From the NCBI GenBank assembly GCA_023228025.1, contig JALOCD010000004.1:3860-67859 (forward strand): 64,000 bases of DNA, read 5' to 3'. Below, piece after piece: positions 28,562 to 37,347 of the stretch. This stretch comes from Prolixibacteraceae bacterium (GTDB lineage: Bacteria; Bacteroidota; Bacteroidia; Bacteroidales; Prolixibacteraceae). Both the position numbers and the translations under genes were made by a program. Each line of letters starts with the position of its first letter. Position 1 is the first letter of the stretch. Below the pieces are notes generated by a model that made no database searches, was not told the DNA's origin, and worked only from the letters and a program-made list of their open reading frames with translations.

Positions 28562-29412
28562 ATCTTGTTTTTTGAAAATTTACGACTGTAATAACGACCG
28601 GCAAGGCTCAAAACTAAAACGATGAAAGTAAGGATCAATGCGGCGGCATAAGCCCTGTCCTGAACTTCGACGATGGGACTGCTAAGCTGAAAGAATATGG
28701 CCAACGGTAAGGTTGCCACCGGTTGAGAAAGAGAGGTAGGAATGCTGTCGGTATAACCTGCGGTAAAAAGCACTGAAGCTGCATCACCAATGCCACGCCC
28801 AACCGAAAGGATGATGGCTGTAATAATTCCTGGGGCAACCTGACGCAAAATTGGCTTGATTATTTCAGACCGGGTTGCTCCCAAAGAAAGGGCGGCATCC
28901 ATCATTTCTTTCGGCACACGTCTGACCACTTCATCGATTGACCGAATCAGAATGGGAACAATCAGAAAAGTCACTGTCAGGATTCCGGCAAACAAGGAAG
29001 ATCGTAAACCCAGGTACACCATCAGGGTAAATCCGAATGCCCCGTAAACAATGGAGGGGATTCCAAACAAAACATCGAACGACAAGCGTGTAAACTGTGC
29101 CAATCGAGACTTTTCCGGCAAATAAAGGTTAATGTACAAAACAATCGGAAGACTGAAACTCAGGCCAAGAGTTATTGATCCGATCACAATATACAACGAA
29201 CCTATGATTGCATTGAGTAAACCGCCTTCCTTACCAATGTAAAATCCGCCACCGGGAATTTTCGAAACCATGTCCCAGCTCATTGCCGGAAGTCCCCTTT
29301 TGACAACTGCAACAATGATCATAAATAGAGAAACTACAATGATCATTGTGGCGGCCATCATTAACGCTTTGAAGATTTTTTCTTCCATTTTTTTTACTCG
29401 AAAATGTTTCAT
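28558..29412 (-). CDS. pstA: phosphate ABC transporter permease PstA
   Basis: 284 aa, 6 TM. The EAA-like loop D.AL.LGATRSE is present, and it sits in operon order. Confidence 0.9.
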   Translation of the reverse strand: MKHFRVKKMEEKIFKALMMAATMIIVVSLFMIIVAVVKRGLPAMSWDMVSKIPGGGFYIGKEGGLLNAIIGSLYIVIGSITLGLSFSLPIVLYINLYLPEKSRLAQFTRLSFDVLFGIPSIVYGAFGFTLMVYLGLRSSLFAGILTVTFLIVPILIRSIDEVVRRVPKEMMDAALSLGATRSEIIKPILRQVAPGIITAIILSVGRGIGDAASVLFTAGYTDSIPTSLSQPVATLPLAIFFQLSSPIVEVQDRAYAAALILTFIVLVLSLAGRYYSRKFSKNKI

Positions 29413-30320
29413 AGGGCAAAATTCTTTTCAATCCGGATTAAAACCAATCGTGAAATGGCATTAAAAGCGAGGATAATGACAAACAAAAGCAAGGCAGAAA
29501 GCATGAGAGCTGAGTCGTACATCGGAATCGACATCATCTCACCGTAATTGTTTGCAATGAGTGCAGGCAACGGGTATGCAGGATCAAAAACCGAATTCGG
29601 CACTTCCGAGACATTTCCGCAGACCATGAGTACTGCAATTGTTTCTCCAAAGGCCCGGGAAAGCGCTAGAATGACTGCGGCGGCAAGGCCCGGAAACGAT
29701 TTGCGCAATACCACTTTTTTGATGGTTTGCCAGTTGGTAGCGCCAAGGGAAAGCGAGGCTTCCCGCAAACCTCCTGGTAAGGCATCGAAGATTTCAATAA
29801 ACACTGAAATCATCAGGGGAATGATCATGATGGCTAGAACAATAGCGCCAGCCAACACGCTGTAGCCCGTTGAGAACTCAACAAAATGTGGCGCCAACGT
29901 TGTTGATATGAAGGGCACAACAACTAATATTCCCCAAACGCCATAAACCACCGGTGGAATTCCAGCCAATACATCAACCATAGGAAATACGATTTTTTTG
30001 ATGTACGGCGCGGCATATTCTGAAAGATAAATAGCAGAAAGCAGACAAAGCGGTAAGGAGATCAGGATTGCGATTCCGGTAACCCATAAGGTTCCCATGA
30101 TGAAAGGATAAAACCCAAATTCACCCTTTAAAGGGCGCCAGCTTTCTCCTGATAAAAGACTCCACAACGATTGCTGATCCAATATCGGAACTGATTTATA
30201 ATACAGGCTGATGCCTATGATAACCGCAAACGATAAAGAAATAACCGTCAGAAAAAGCATGGAATTCCGAAGTACTAATTCTTTAATCTTTCGATAGTTG
30301 TTGTATCGGATTTTATTCAT
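29409..30320 (-). CDS. pstC: phosphate ABC transporter permease PstC
   Basis: 303 aa, 6 TM. REASLSLGATNWQT loop. 4-nt overlap with pstA. Confidence 0.9.
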   Translation of the reverse strand: MNKIRYNNYRKIKELVLRNSMLFLTVISLSFAVIIGISLYYKSVPILDQQSLWSLLSGESWRPLKGEFGFYPFIMGTLWVTGIAILISLPLCLLSAIYLSEYAAPYIKKIVFPMVDVLAGIPPVVYGVWGILVVVPFISTTLAPHFVEFSTGYSVLAGAIVLAIMIIPLMISVFIEIFDALPGGLREASLSLGATNWQTIKKVVLRKSFPGLAAAVILALSRAFGETIAVLMVCGNVSEVPNSVFDPAYPLPALIANNYGEMMSIPMYDSALMLSALLLFVIILAFNAISRLVLIRIEKNFAL

Positions 30321-30357
30321 TATCCCAATTTAATTTTATCCATCTCAATTAAAACCT

Positions 30358-30390
30358 AAACCTGACAGGCTTTTTCATCCTGTCAGGTTT
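30358..30390 (-). terminator. intercistronic stem-loop between pstS and pstC (attenuator / mRNA-stabiliser candidate)
   Basis: AAACCTGACAGG-ctttttcat-CCTGTCAGGTTT, a 12-bp perfect stem in the 120-nt pstS-pstC spacer. Confidence 0.55.
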
Positions 30391-30440
30391 GATAAATGCA
30401 GAAAAAAATCTGCTATTCAACAGTTTATTAAAGTCCCCCT

Positions 30441-31394
30441 TTATTTTATCTTTTCCAGTCCGGTTGCAAGTTTTTCCTTCGAAAGATTAATATACCCGCT
30501 TTCCAAAACATATTTCTGTCCTTCGGTGAGCGACCATTTGATGAATTCGACCAACTCCTTTTTTACTGGTTTTCCGAAAGTCACAAAATAAAGGTCACGT
30601 GCCGGTGGTGATGGATATTTACCGGTGGCGATGGCATTGACGATTTCGTCCATGGTATTGTAAAAATTCTCATCCGGATCTATTTTCCCATTCTTATTGA
30701 TGTCCAATGGAAGAACTTTAATGCCTGGATTGGGCTTTTTAGTTTGGGCATCATAAGCATAACCAATATTATTGAACGCAATTCCTGAAGGATCTTTTGA
30801 TACGGCTTGTGCCAGTCCCGGATCACCGAAAACACCAACACCTAAAAGATCTTCCTGCTTTTTGCCCAGGTATTTTGCCCAGGTTTCAGCAGCTCCGCAG
30901 GCATCGGAACGGGTGTAAATACGAATTGGCACCTTACTGTTTGTGCCTAGAGCTTGTCCCCAGGTTTTCGTTTTACCGGTTATAAAAACTTTGATGGCTG
31001 CATCGCGGTCTAAACCAATGGTCAGGATGTCTTTAATATTGGGGTTTACCGCACTAACTGTAGGTACTACTGCATCTTTGGTAACACCAATGGCATAAGC
31101 TCCCTTTTTAGTTTCCTCCGGATAAATTTCGCGTGACACCATTCCGATATCGACCATGTTCGACAGGGCATCTGTCATTCCTTTACCGGCCCCACCGGCT
31201 GAAATGTCAATTTTTACTCCCGGATGGATTTTTCTGAATTCTTCGGCCCATTTTACAGTGAGCGGATACAGCGCAAATGCACCGGAAATACTGATACTTC
31301 CTTTTAAAGACTCTTTGGGCTGACTCGATACTTTACTGGCTGAAAGTGTTGATATCAGCAGTAGAGCAAAAAAATATGAAGTGAATTTTTTCAT
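30441..31394 (-). CDS. pstS: phosphate ABC transporter substrate-binding protein
   Basis: 317 aa with a signal peptide. The ISGAFALYPL..W and SAGGAGKG blocks are PstS/PBP-like. Operon context supports the call. Confidence 0.85.
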   Translation of the reverse strand: MKKFTSYFFALLLISTLSASKVSSQPKESLKGSISISGAFALYPLTVKWAEEFRKIHPGVKIDISAGGAGKGMTDALSNMVDIGMVSREIYPEETKKGAYAIGVTKDAVVPTVSAVNPNIKDILTIGLDRDAAIKVFITGKTKTWGQALGTNSKVPIRIYTRSDACGAAETWAKYLGKKQEDLLGVGVFGDPGLAQAVSKDPSGIAFNNIGYAYDAQTKKPNPGIKVLPLDINKNGKIDPDENFYNTMDEIVNAIATGKYPSPPARDLYFVTFGKPVKKELVEFIKWSLTEGQKYVLESGYINLSKEKLATGLEKIK

Positions 31395-31421
31395 CGCATA
31401 TAAATTAAATTTAGTGACTAA

Positions 31422-32561
31422 TTAAAAACCGATTTGAAGCTGAACATTGGCAAAATTGTTGTCGATGCTAGTACCTTCTTCCTGTTTGATTGTATAGTTG
31501 ATCTGTAATTTGGTATTGGCATTGAAGTTATAATTCACACCCAATACCACCCAGGTTGAAGCATTATCAGCTTTGGCTTTGTCCGCATCATAAAAATCGT
31601 ATTTGGCTACCAATTGAACTTTTTTCTGAAGTAGATAATATCCGCCAAGTAAATAATATCCGTCCCGTTCTGTAAGATCGTCCTTCCCGTAAATATATTC
31701 GCTACGTAAGGAGAAGTTTTTCCGGTCGTAGCTCACGTCAAAACCAAAACGGTCGCGGTTAACTATTTTTGAAGGGGTTGTAACGACTGTACCAGTTTTA
31801 ACTTCGGGTACAAAGCGTGAACCATCATACCATGCGCCACTAACTGCGAGACCAGTCACCGGATAAAGAATCAGGCGTGCAGCATAATCTTTATCTTCGT
31901 CTTTATCAGCAGTATTTATTCCTGAGCCGTTGTAAACACCCAAACGGTAATCAACCACCGGACGGTCTTTCAATTTCAGAATGGTACCACCAAGCAGGAT
32001 TCCAATGTCGCGGCCATTCTGGTTGCCACCCACATCTTTCCCGCGGGCAGTTAAAGCCTCTACCACCTGCGAGCGATCTATCAATTCAAGTTTTGTTGAA
32101 CTGGTAAGGTTCTCGACCGAGAATGGGATTTTGGCCTGACCAAAAGTGATATTCAAATAATCGTTCACTTTTAATTCGGCATAAGCATCAATAAGTTTGG
32201 GAGTTCCGGCAAGGTCGAACTGAAACCGATAGCCCCAGTAAGGAGAGATCGAACCTTTTAAATCAACACGGGCCCGACGGATATCAAATCCATCAATTGA
32301 ACCTGTTTGTTCCGATGCCTGATAACGTACCTGAGTATATCCGGCAAGGGCGATTTTTTTACCTGCATTTACCGGGTATACTTTTACTTTGGCCAGGTTG
32401 GCTTGGGCTGCAATGGCCGCTTCTGCACGAATGGAATCGGCTTCCTTTGGTGCGATTAGATTCTTTTGAACCAGAACGTTCAAAATGTCATCGGTCGACT
32501 GAGATTTTAAAGGAAGTACAAAAACGACTGAAATCAGTATTAAAAAGAATAGTTTTTTCAT
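31422..32561 (-). CDS. phosphate-selective porin O/P family outer-membrane protein
   Basis: Start trimmed to MKKLFFLILISVVFVLPLKSQ (ATG at 32561); the 54 upstream codons are Cys/Trp-rich junk. It has an N-terminal helix then a beta-barrel ending ..VQLQIGF. It is the first gene of the pst operon. Confidence 0.75.
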   Translation of the reverse strand: MKKLFFLILISVVFVLPLKSQSTDDILNVLVQKNLIAPKEADSIRAEAAIAAQANLAKVKVYPVNAGKKIALAGYTQVRYQASEQTGSIDGFDIRRARVDLKGSISPYWGYRFQFDLAGTPKLIDAYAELKVNDYLNITFGQAKIPFSVENLTSSTKLELIDRSQVVEALTARGKDVGGNQNGRDIGILLGGTILKLKDRPVVDYRLGVYNGSGINTADKDEDKDYAARLILYPVTGLAVSGAWYDGSRFVPEVKTGTVVTTPSKIVNRDRFGFDVSYDRKNFSLRSEYIYGKDDLTERDGYYLLGGYYLLQKKVQLVAKYDFYDADKAKADNASTWVVLGVNYNFNANTKLQINYTIKQEEGTSIDNNFANVQLQIGF

Positions 32562-32903
32562 ATTTATATTATTGTCGATTGATTTACTGTAGAATTTTCG
32601 CTGATTTGGCCACCACATCCGCATTTGGAAAACCAGGCAACACATTCGAAGACAACAACACGACATTGCATTCAGGTTGCCAGCATCTTTCATATGTTTA
32701 TATTTTTGTTTTTCAGTGGCCATATGGAACTCCCAATAATCATCCGCCTGTGTGTGAAAGATTTTCTCATGGTCGTTTCATCAGTAGTAAATTGTGATTG
32801 GATAATTTTCGTTTCGTTTTCATTTTTTTATGCTATTCAAAGTGACAATCCAAAAATAGACACAATGTCTACCAATTTAGTGTACATTTGCAAGAGATAA
32901 TCG

Positions 32904-33650
32904 ATGTTAAGACATGAAATATTTAAGCCCGACAGTTACATTATTTTAGTTATGAAAGACGAAACGAAACAATTGTATGATTGCAATGCTTGCGTATTCA
33001 AGTCATTAAGCTGTCTTCTTCTGACTGAAGATGAATTCGAAGTCATTCGGAATCAATCCATTCAGGTAAAGTTCTCAAAAGGAGAAACCGTTTTTAAGCA
33101 AGGGGGGAAAGCCGGCAGTTTGATTTTTCTGCACAAGGGAATCGTAAAATATACGTACGAGTATGAAACCGGGAAAACCTACATCATGACGGTTACCAAA
33201 GGGCCGAAATTATTGGGTGGTGCAAATTTGTTCTTTAAGGCCACCAATATATTTTCTATTGTGGCTGTTGAGGAATGTGAGATCTGCTATATTGATTTTG
33301 ACACCATCAAGCAGGCTTCCATGAAAAATCCCAATTATCTGATGGCCCTTTGTGAGAGTGCCCTGAACATGTTTCAACACTCCATCTTTAATTTCATCAG
33401 TCTTGCGCATAACCAGGTAAACGGGCGTATAGCCAATATTTTACTCTACCTTTGGGACCACGTTTACAAAGATTCGCCTTACGAGTTTAACCTTAGTCGC
33501 AAGGAATTAGCCGAATTCGCTGCGTGTTCGCACGAAAATGTGATCTCGACACTCAGCAAGTTCAAAAAAGAGGGCCTTTTGCAGCTCGAAGGGAAAAAAA
33601 TTACCATTTGCAATTATAGTGAAATGAAAAAAATCAGTAAACTTGGATAA
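32904..33650 (+). CDS. Crp/Fnr-family transcriptional regulator with an FNR-like N-terminal Cys cluster
   Basis: cNMP-binding beta-roll plus a C-terminal HTH (LSRKELAEFAACSHENVISTLSKFKKEGLL). The N-terminus has C-x2-C-x6-C (YDCNACVFKSLSC) and there is a later CEIC. The start may instead be the MKDETK at 32952. Confidence 0.8.
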   Translation: MLRHEIFKPDSYIILVMKDETKQLYDCNACVFKSLSCLLLTEDEFEVIRNQSIQVKFSKGETVFKQGGKAGSLIFLHKGIVKYTYEYETGKTYIMTVTKGPKLLGGANLFFKATNIFSIVAVEECEICYIDFDTIKQASMKNPNYLMALCESALNMFQHSIFNFISLAHNQVNGRIANILLYLWDHVYKDSPYEFNLSRKELAEFAACSHENVISTLSKFKKEGLLQLEGKKITICNYSEMKKISKLG

Positions 33651-33651
33651 T

Positions 33652-34095
33652 ATGTTATCAAAGAAGACCAGATATGCCATTTTGGCGATGAAACACCTTT
33701 CCAGTAAATATGGGAAAGGGGTGGTATTAATCAGTGATATTGCAAAGGCAGAGAATCTTCCAATCCGTTTTCTTGAGAATATTCTGTTGGAACTCAAAAA
33801 GAATGGCTACTTGGGAAGTAAACCAGGCAAGAACGGAGGATATTACCTGATCAAACATCCAAAGGAGATCAACCTGGCTCAAATTGTCAGGTATTTTGAA
33901 GGAACGATAGCCTTGCTTTATTGTGTGTCGGAAAAAGCCTACCAACCCTGCGAATTTTGCATGGATGAAAGGACATGTAAAATAAAATCAGTATTCAAGG
34001 AAATCCGTAATTACACCTATCAGAAACTTGAGCAGACTAAGCTATCTGACCTGGTTGATCTTGACGAGAGCGATTCCATAATGTATTCAATCTGA
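33652..34095 (+). CDS. Rrf2-family transcriptional regulator (Cys-rich, Fe-S type candidate)
   Basis: MLSKKTRYAILAMKHL..ISDIAKAENLPIRFLENILLELKKNGYL is the Rrf2 wHTH. The Cys cluster is C-x9-C-x2-C-x5-C. The ATG is 1 nt after the Crp/Fnr stop; the ORF-track TTG start at 33643 was rejected. Confidence 0.85.
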   Translation: MLSKKTRYAILAMKHLSSKYGKGVVLISDIAKAENLPIRFLENILLELKKNGYLGSKPGKNGGYYLIKHPKEINLAQIVRYFEGTIALLYCVSEKAYQPCEFCMDERTCKIKSVFKEIRNYTYQKLEQTKLSDLVDLDESDSIMYSI

Positions 34096-34123
34096 TTCTT
34101 TATTTAGGTTTTATTATCTTGGG

Positions 34124-34828
34124 CTAATCCTTTATACACCTAACGCTGAAACCACTTTTTTTACTGTAGGCGGTTGCGCGTTGTGCACAATTGTTTTCAC
34201 AGGGGATTTGTCGGTTCATGGCAAAACCTGGGATATTTAGAAATTCTGTGTTGGCCCACAAATAGTTATAATTAATTACATCAACGAATACACCATTTGG
34301 ATCACGACAACCTCCAGGTACTGCCGAAAAGCCAGTCGAATTGGTGGATGTATTCGGGTTTGGCCAATGCGCGACACCAGATTCCCTGATCTTTAGGTTC
34401 GCAGCAAGTTCCCCTCCCAAATAAGTAGTCATCGTTCCCCATTCTGAATCAGATGGAACATGCCAGCCTGTCGGACAAAGATTGGTGGCAGCTACGGTAT
34501 ACCAATTGTACAATGCCCCATAGATCTCTTTGTTGATGGTTTCGTTGTTGTACCAGCAATAACCTGGGGTAGTCAAAGCTCCCCACGAAGTAGCATTAAC
34601 CACATGTGGGATCGGTGAGCCATCGTTAAATTTCGTCGTTTTTAAGTTTTCCGCCATCCAAACCTGTGTGCCGATCGTGACCGTTTCATAAACGTTTCCA
34701 TCCGGATCAGTAACCGTCTTTGGTTGGTCTGTATTGTCCCCCAATGGAGGAGGACATCCGGTAAGAACGATTAACAACAAACCCAAAACAGACAATGTTC
34801 TCAATTCCAAGGTGTATTCACTTTTCAT
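34124..34828 (-). CDS. FISUMP-domain lipoprotein
   Basis: Lipobox LIVLTGC, then DPDGNVYETVTIGTQVWMAENLK..YGALYNWYT..CPTGWHVPSDSEW..GFSVRCIKD. A paralogue of the C-terminus of 13127..15052. Confidence 0.8.
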   Translation of the reverse strand: MKSEYTLELRTLSVLGLLLIVLTGCPPPLGDNTDQPKTVTDPDGNVYETVTIGTQVWMAENLKTTKFNDGSPIPHVVNATSWGALTTPGYCWYNNETINKEIYGALYNWYTVAATNLCPTGWHVPSDSEWGTMTTYLGGELAANLKIRESGVAHWPNPNTSTNSTGFSAVPGGCRDPNGVFVDVINYNYLWANTEFLNIPGFAMNRQIPCENNCAQRATAYSKKSGFSVRCIKD

Positions 34829-35124
34829 CGCTCGGTATTTTAATCAGACTACTCAAAGTTAAAACATTCGTCCTTGAGATCAAAGCAATTTCTTAACAAT
34901 AAAGGCTTAATTGACAAAAATACCCCGGAGGCTGAACACCGGTTAATACCTGATATATCAATTGTCGTTGAAACGTTGCATGTAGTTTCAGGCTAGAAAA
35001 CGATCCCGACCGTAAGACTCAGCGCTTTAGTACGGTAATCGTCTGGCTGGTTTGCAATTGACGTTGATGTGGTCAGGTTAATTCCAATAAGGTACTTTTG
35101 TTACAAATGATTGTTGGGCAGACG

Positions 35125-35955
35125 CTACTTGTTCTTATTGAATTTTGGAATAATCGTAAAACCAATCATCGTTGTAAATTCCTTTCCGGTTCTAAATCCG
35201 ATATCCAGGCTTCCAAAACCAACATACCAGCTAAGACCTATCAATATGGAGGTATTAAAGGTTTGAGATTTCACTTTTTGTGCATCAGTATTCGATACAA
35301 GTGAAATTTCCCCGCCAATATTTGGACTAATGTTATACTCCTTAATTGGAAAGTAGACCTTACTCATAACTCCGACATTTGACTGACTTGCATTCGAATC
35401 GGAAGAATCATTACCCGTTAAATTGAGTGAATAGGTTGCTGCAAGGTCCCATCTGTTGGCCAAAAGAAAAAATCCCAGTCGGGTATTTAAAGAGAAATTG
35501 ATATTATGATCTGAGTCGATCATCCCCTGTTCGCCGACGTAAAAAAACCATGGATGCTTTGTCAATCTCTGTTGTTCATTATTCTCAGATGATGTTGGGC
35601 CTTGGGATTGTGAGCCATTTATATCCCATCTTTCCAAAAGACTAATTTCCCCAGTCTTGATAATCCTTCCCCACAATTCATTCTGAGATCCTCTGTTCAC
35701 CAAAATCATGGTTTCCGGCCAATTAGATAAAACATTCTTTATTATTCCCCTTTTTTTCTCATTGGTCTCAATAAAATATTTATCATTCGCGGTTAACCTC
35801 AAATTTCCATTCTCAGTCAACGTTACCTGGCTAAAATAACTCCCATATTCAGCAAGTACTTTCACCCTGATTGATTCCAACTTTTTTGAATCCTGGGCTT
35901 GGATAATCTGGGTTCCCATCAGCAAAGAAAACAATAGGATGTAAAACTGTCTCAT
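35125..35955 (-). CDS. hypothetical secreted protein with a beta-barrel-like C-terminal half (cluster gene 5)
   Basis: Signal peptide MRQFYILLFSLLMGTQIIQAQ. The C-terminal half shows alternating hydrophobic beta-strand patterns and ends with an aromatic-rich ..GFTIIPKF. Confidence 0.5.
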   Translation of the reverse strand: MRQFYILLFSLLMGTQIIQAQDSKKLESIRVKVLAEYGSYFSQVTLTENGNLRLTANDKYFIETNEKKRGIIKNVLSNWPETMILVNRGSQNELWGRIIKTGEISLLERWDINGSQSQGPTSSENNEQQRLTKHPWFFYVGEQGMIDSDHNINFSLNTRLGFFLLANRWDLAATYSLNLTGNDSSDSNASQSNVGVMSKVYFPIKEYNISPNIGGEISLVSNTDAQKVKSQTFNTSILIGLSWYVGFGSLDIGFRTGKEFTTMIGFTIIPKFNKNK

Positions 35956-36068
35956 TTATTTAATCCATTAATGATTTGTTTTTTAGGCCATAAGGAATTT
36001 ACTTCGTCAATCTTTGGTTCATATGAAGATAGGTTCAAGTCGATTTGTTTATTTGTATTCATTGCCTT

Positions 36069-37283
36069 CTATTTTCTCTTCCCGAAATAAACACTTCTAC
36101 CAACAGACATACTAATTAATGTAGGGGCTCCTTTGCTCAGACCTGCATTTCCGTCCAGAAAAACATCAAAACTGGCCGTCTTTCTTTTATTCATAAAACT
36201 CAGACCCATGGATATTTTGGCATAAAAGGATGAATTCCCATCCCTGAAAATAGCCTGAAGTCCTGTCCCAAATACAAATGTTTTATTCCGGCTGTACATT
36301 GAAAGCCCTAAATTCGAATAGGAACTACCGGATGTTTTTGTGATTCCCACATCAACAGAGGCGTTACTCTTACCGGATACATAATATCCGAACCTGCCGT
36401 TAAAATTTGAATAGGATGGGGCAACCATGCCACCTACATAAGCCATCATTTGAGAATTGAGAATATCGCTTTCTTTTATTTTATGCAATGGCAGGACCAT
36501 ATTTTCAGGAGATTTATAAGAAGCTTGCTTGATTGAAGCTTTTCGCTTTTCAAGAATCTGCTTAATTTCTTTGTGTTCCGTATCTTCAGGAATCACAGAA
36601 ATACCCTTCTCCAGAATTTGGAGCGATTTTTCATTTGCCCCAATTTTTTGCAGTGTGAGACTTAAGCCAACAAAGGGAAGAAACTCGTCAGGACATTGGC
36701 CGATAATCTCCTGAAATAGGGCAAGTGATTGAAAAAATGAACCTCGCGAAGCCATTTCATTGGCAAGCTTGAACTGCGCAATAACCTCCTCCTGTGTCAT
36801 TGCCGCCTGGAGGGTGGATTTCCGTTTATACTTTTGCAACATCGAAGCAGATTTTGATGCAATCCATCCGGGTACTTTACTTTCCTGGTTCTCCTTCCAA
36901 AACAGGCTGGCAAGATCGAAATGATCCATTAACGAAAAAACTTGTGACGTAAAGAAATTTACATCAATAGAACTCTGCTCAATAAGCCAGATACGATCCA
37001 GTTGTACCAGGGCTGCATCATAAATCCCTCCCAAGGCCAGGGCATAAGCATATTCGGAAATTATGACAGGATTATCTGAATATTTGACTGTTAAGCTGTA
37101 AGAGGCGATCGCATCATTGATCTCTTCTGCAATTAAAAAACTTCTTGATTTTTGAATGTCTACAGCCTTTGTTGGTTGTGCGTTACAATGAAAACAGGCT
37201 GATATAAACATCCACATACAACATAGGATGTATCTGGTTAGCCGGGATGAAAAAATCTTTTTAACAACCAGTTGATTAAACAT
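36069..37283 (-). CDS. hypothetical secreted TPR-like protein with a beta-barrel-like C-terminus (cluster gene 4)
   Basis: 404 aa. The helical-repeat region (..AIASYSLTVKY.., ..ALFQEIIGQCPDE.., ..SLQILEKGISVIPED..) is followed by a beta-rich 130-aa tail ending YFGKRK. Confidence 0.5.
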   Translation of the reverse strand: MFNQLVVKKIFSSRLTRYILCCMWMFISACFHCNAQPTKAVDIQKSRSFLIAEEINDAIASYSLTVKYSDNPVIISEYAYALALGGIYDAALVQLDRIWLIEQSSIDVNFFTSQVFSLMDHFDLASLFWKENQESKVPGWIASKSASMLQKYKRKSTLQAAMTQEEVIAQFKLANEMASRGSFFQSLALFQEIIGQCPDEFLPFVGLSLTLQKIGANEKSLQILEKGISVIPEDTEHKEIKQILEKRKASIKQASYKSPENMVLPLHKIKESDILNSQMMAYVGGMVAPSYSNFNGRFGYYVSGKSNASVDVGITKTSGSSYSNLGLSMYSRNKTFVFGTGLQAIFRDGNSSFYAKISMGLSFMNKRKTASFDVFLDGNAGLSKGAPTLISMSVGRSVYFGKRK

Positions 37284-37347
37284 ATCTAAATGCTAATAAG
37301 TTTTTATTTCATAATTCATTCCCCAAAAAGAAATTATTTCTGAGGAG

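Noticed and set aside
32562-32723. N-terminal extensions in the longest-ORF calls: the porin (54 aa), rhamnosidase (32 aa), fmt (47 aa), pruA (20 aa), recR (10 aa), cluster gene 1 (28 aa) and the Rrf2 TTG start.
   Set aside because: In each case an internal ATG gives a canonical family N-terminus or signal peptide. The extension overlaps a neighbouring gene, a promoter box or repeat DNA.
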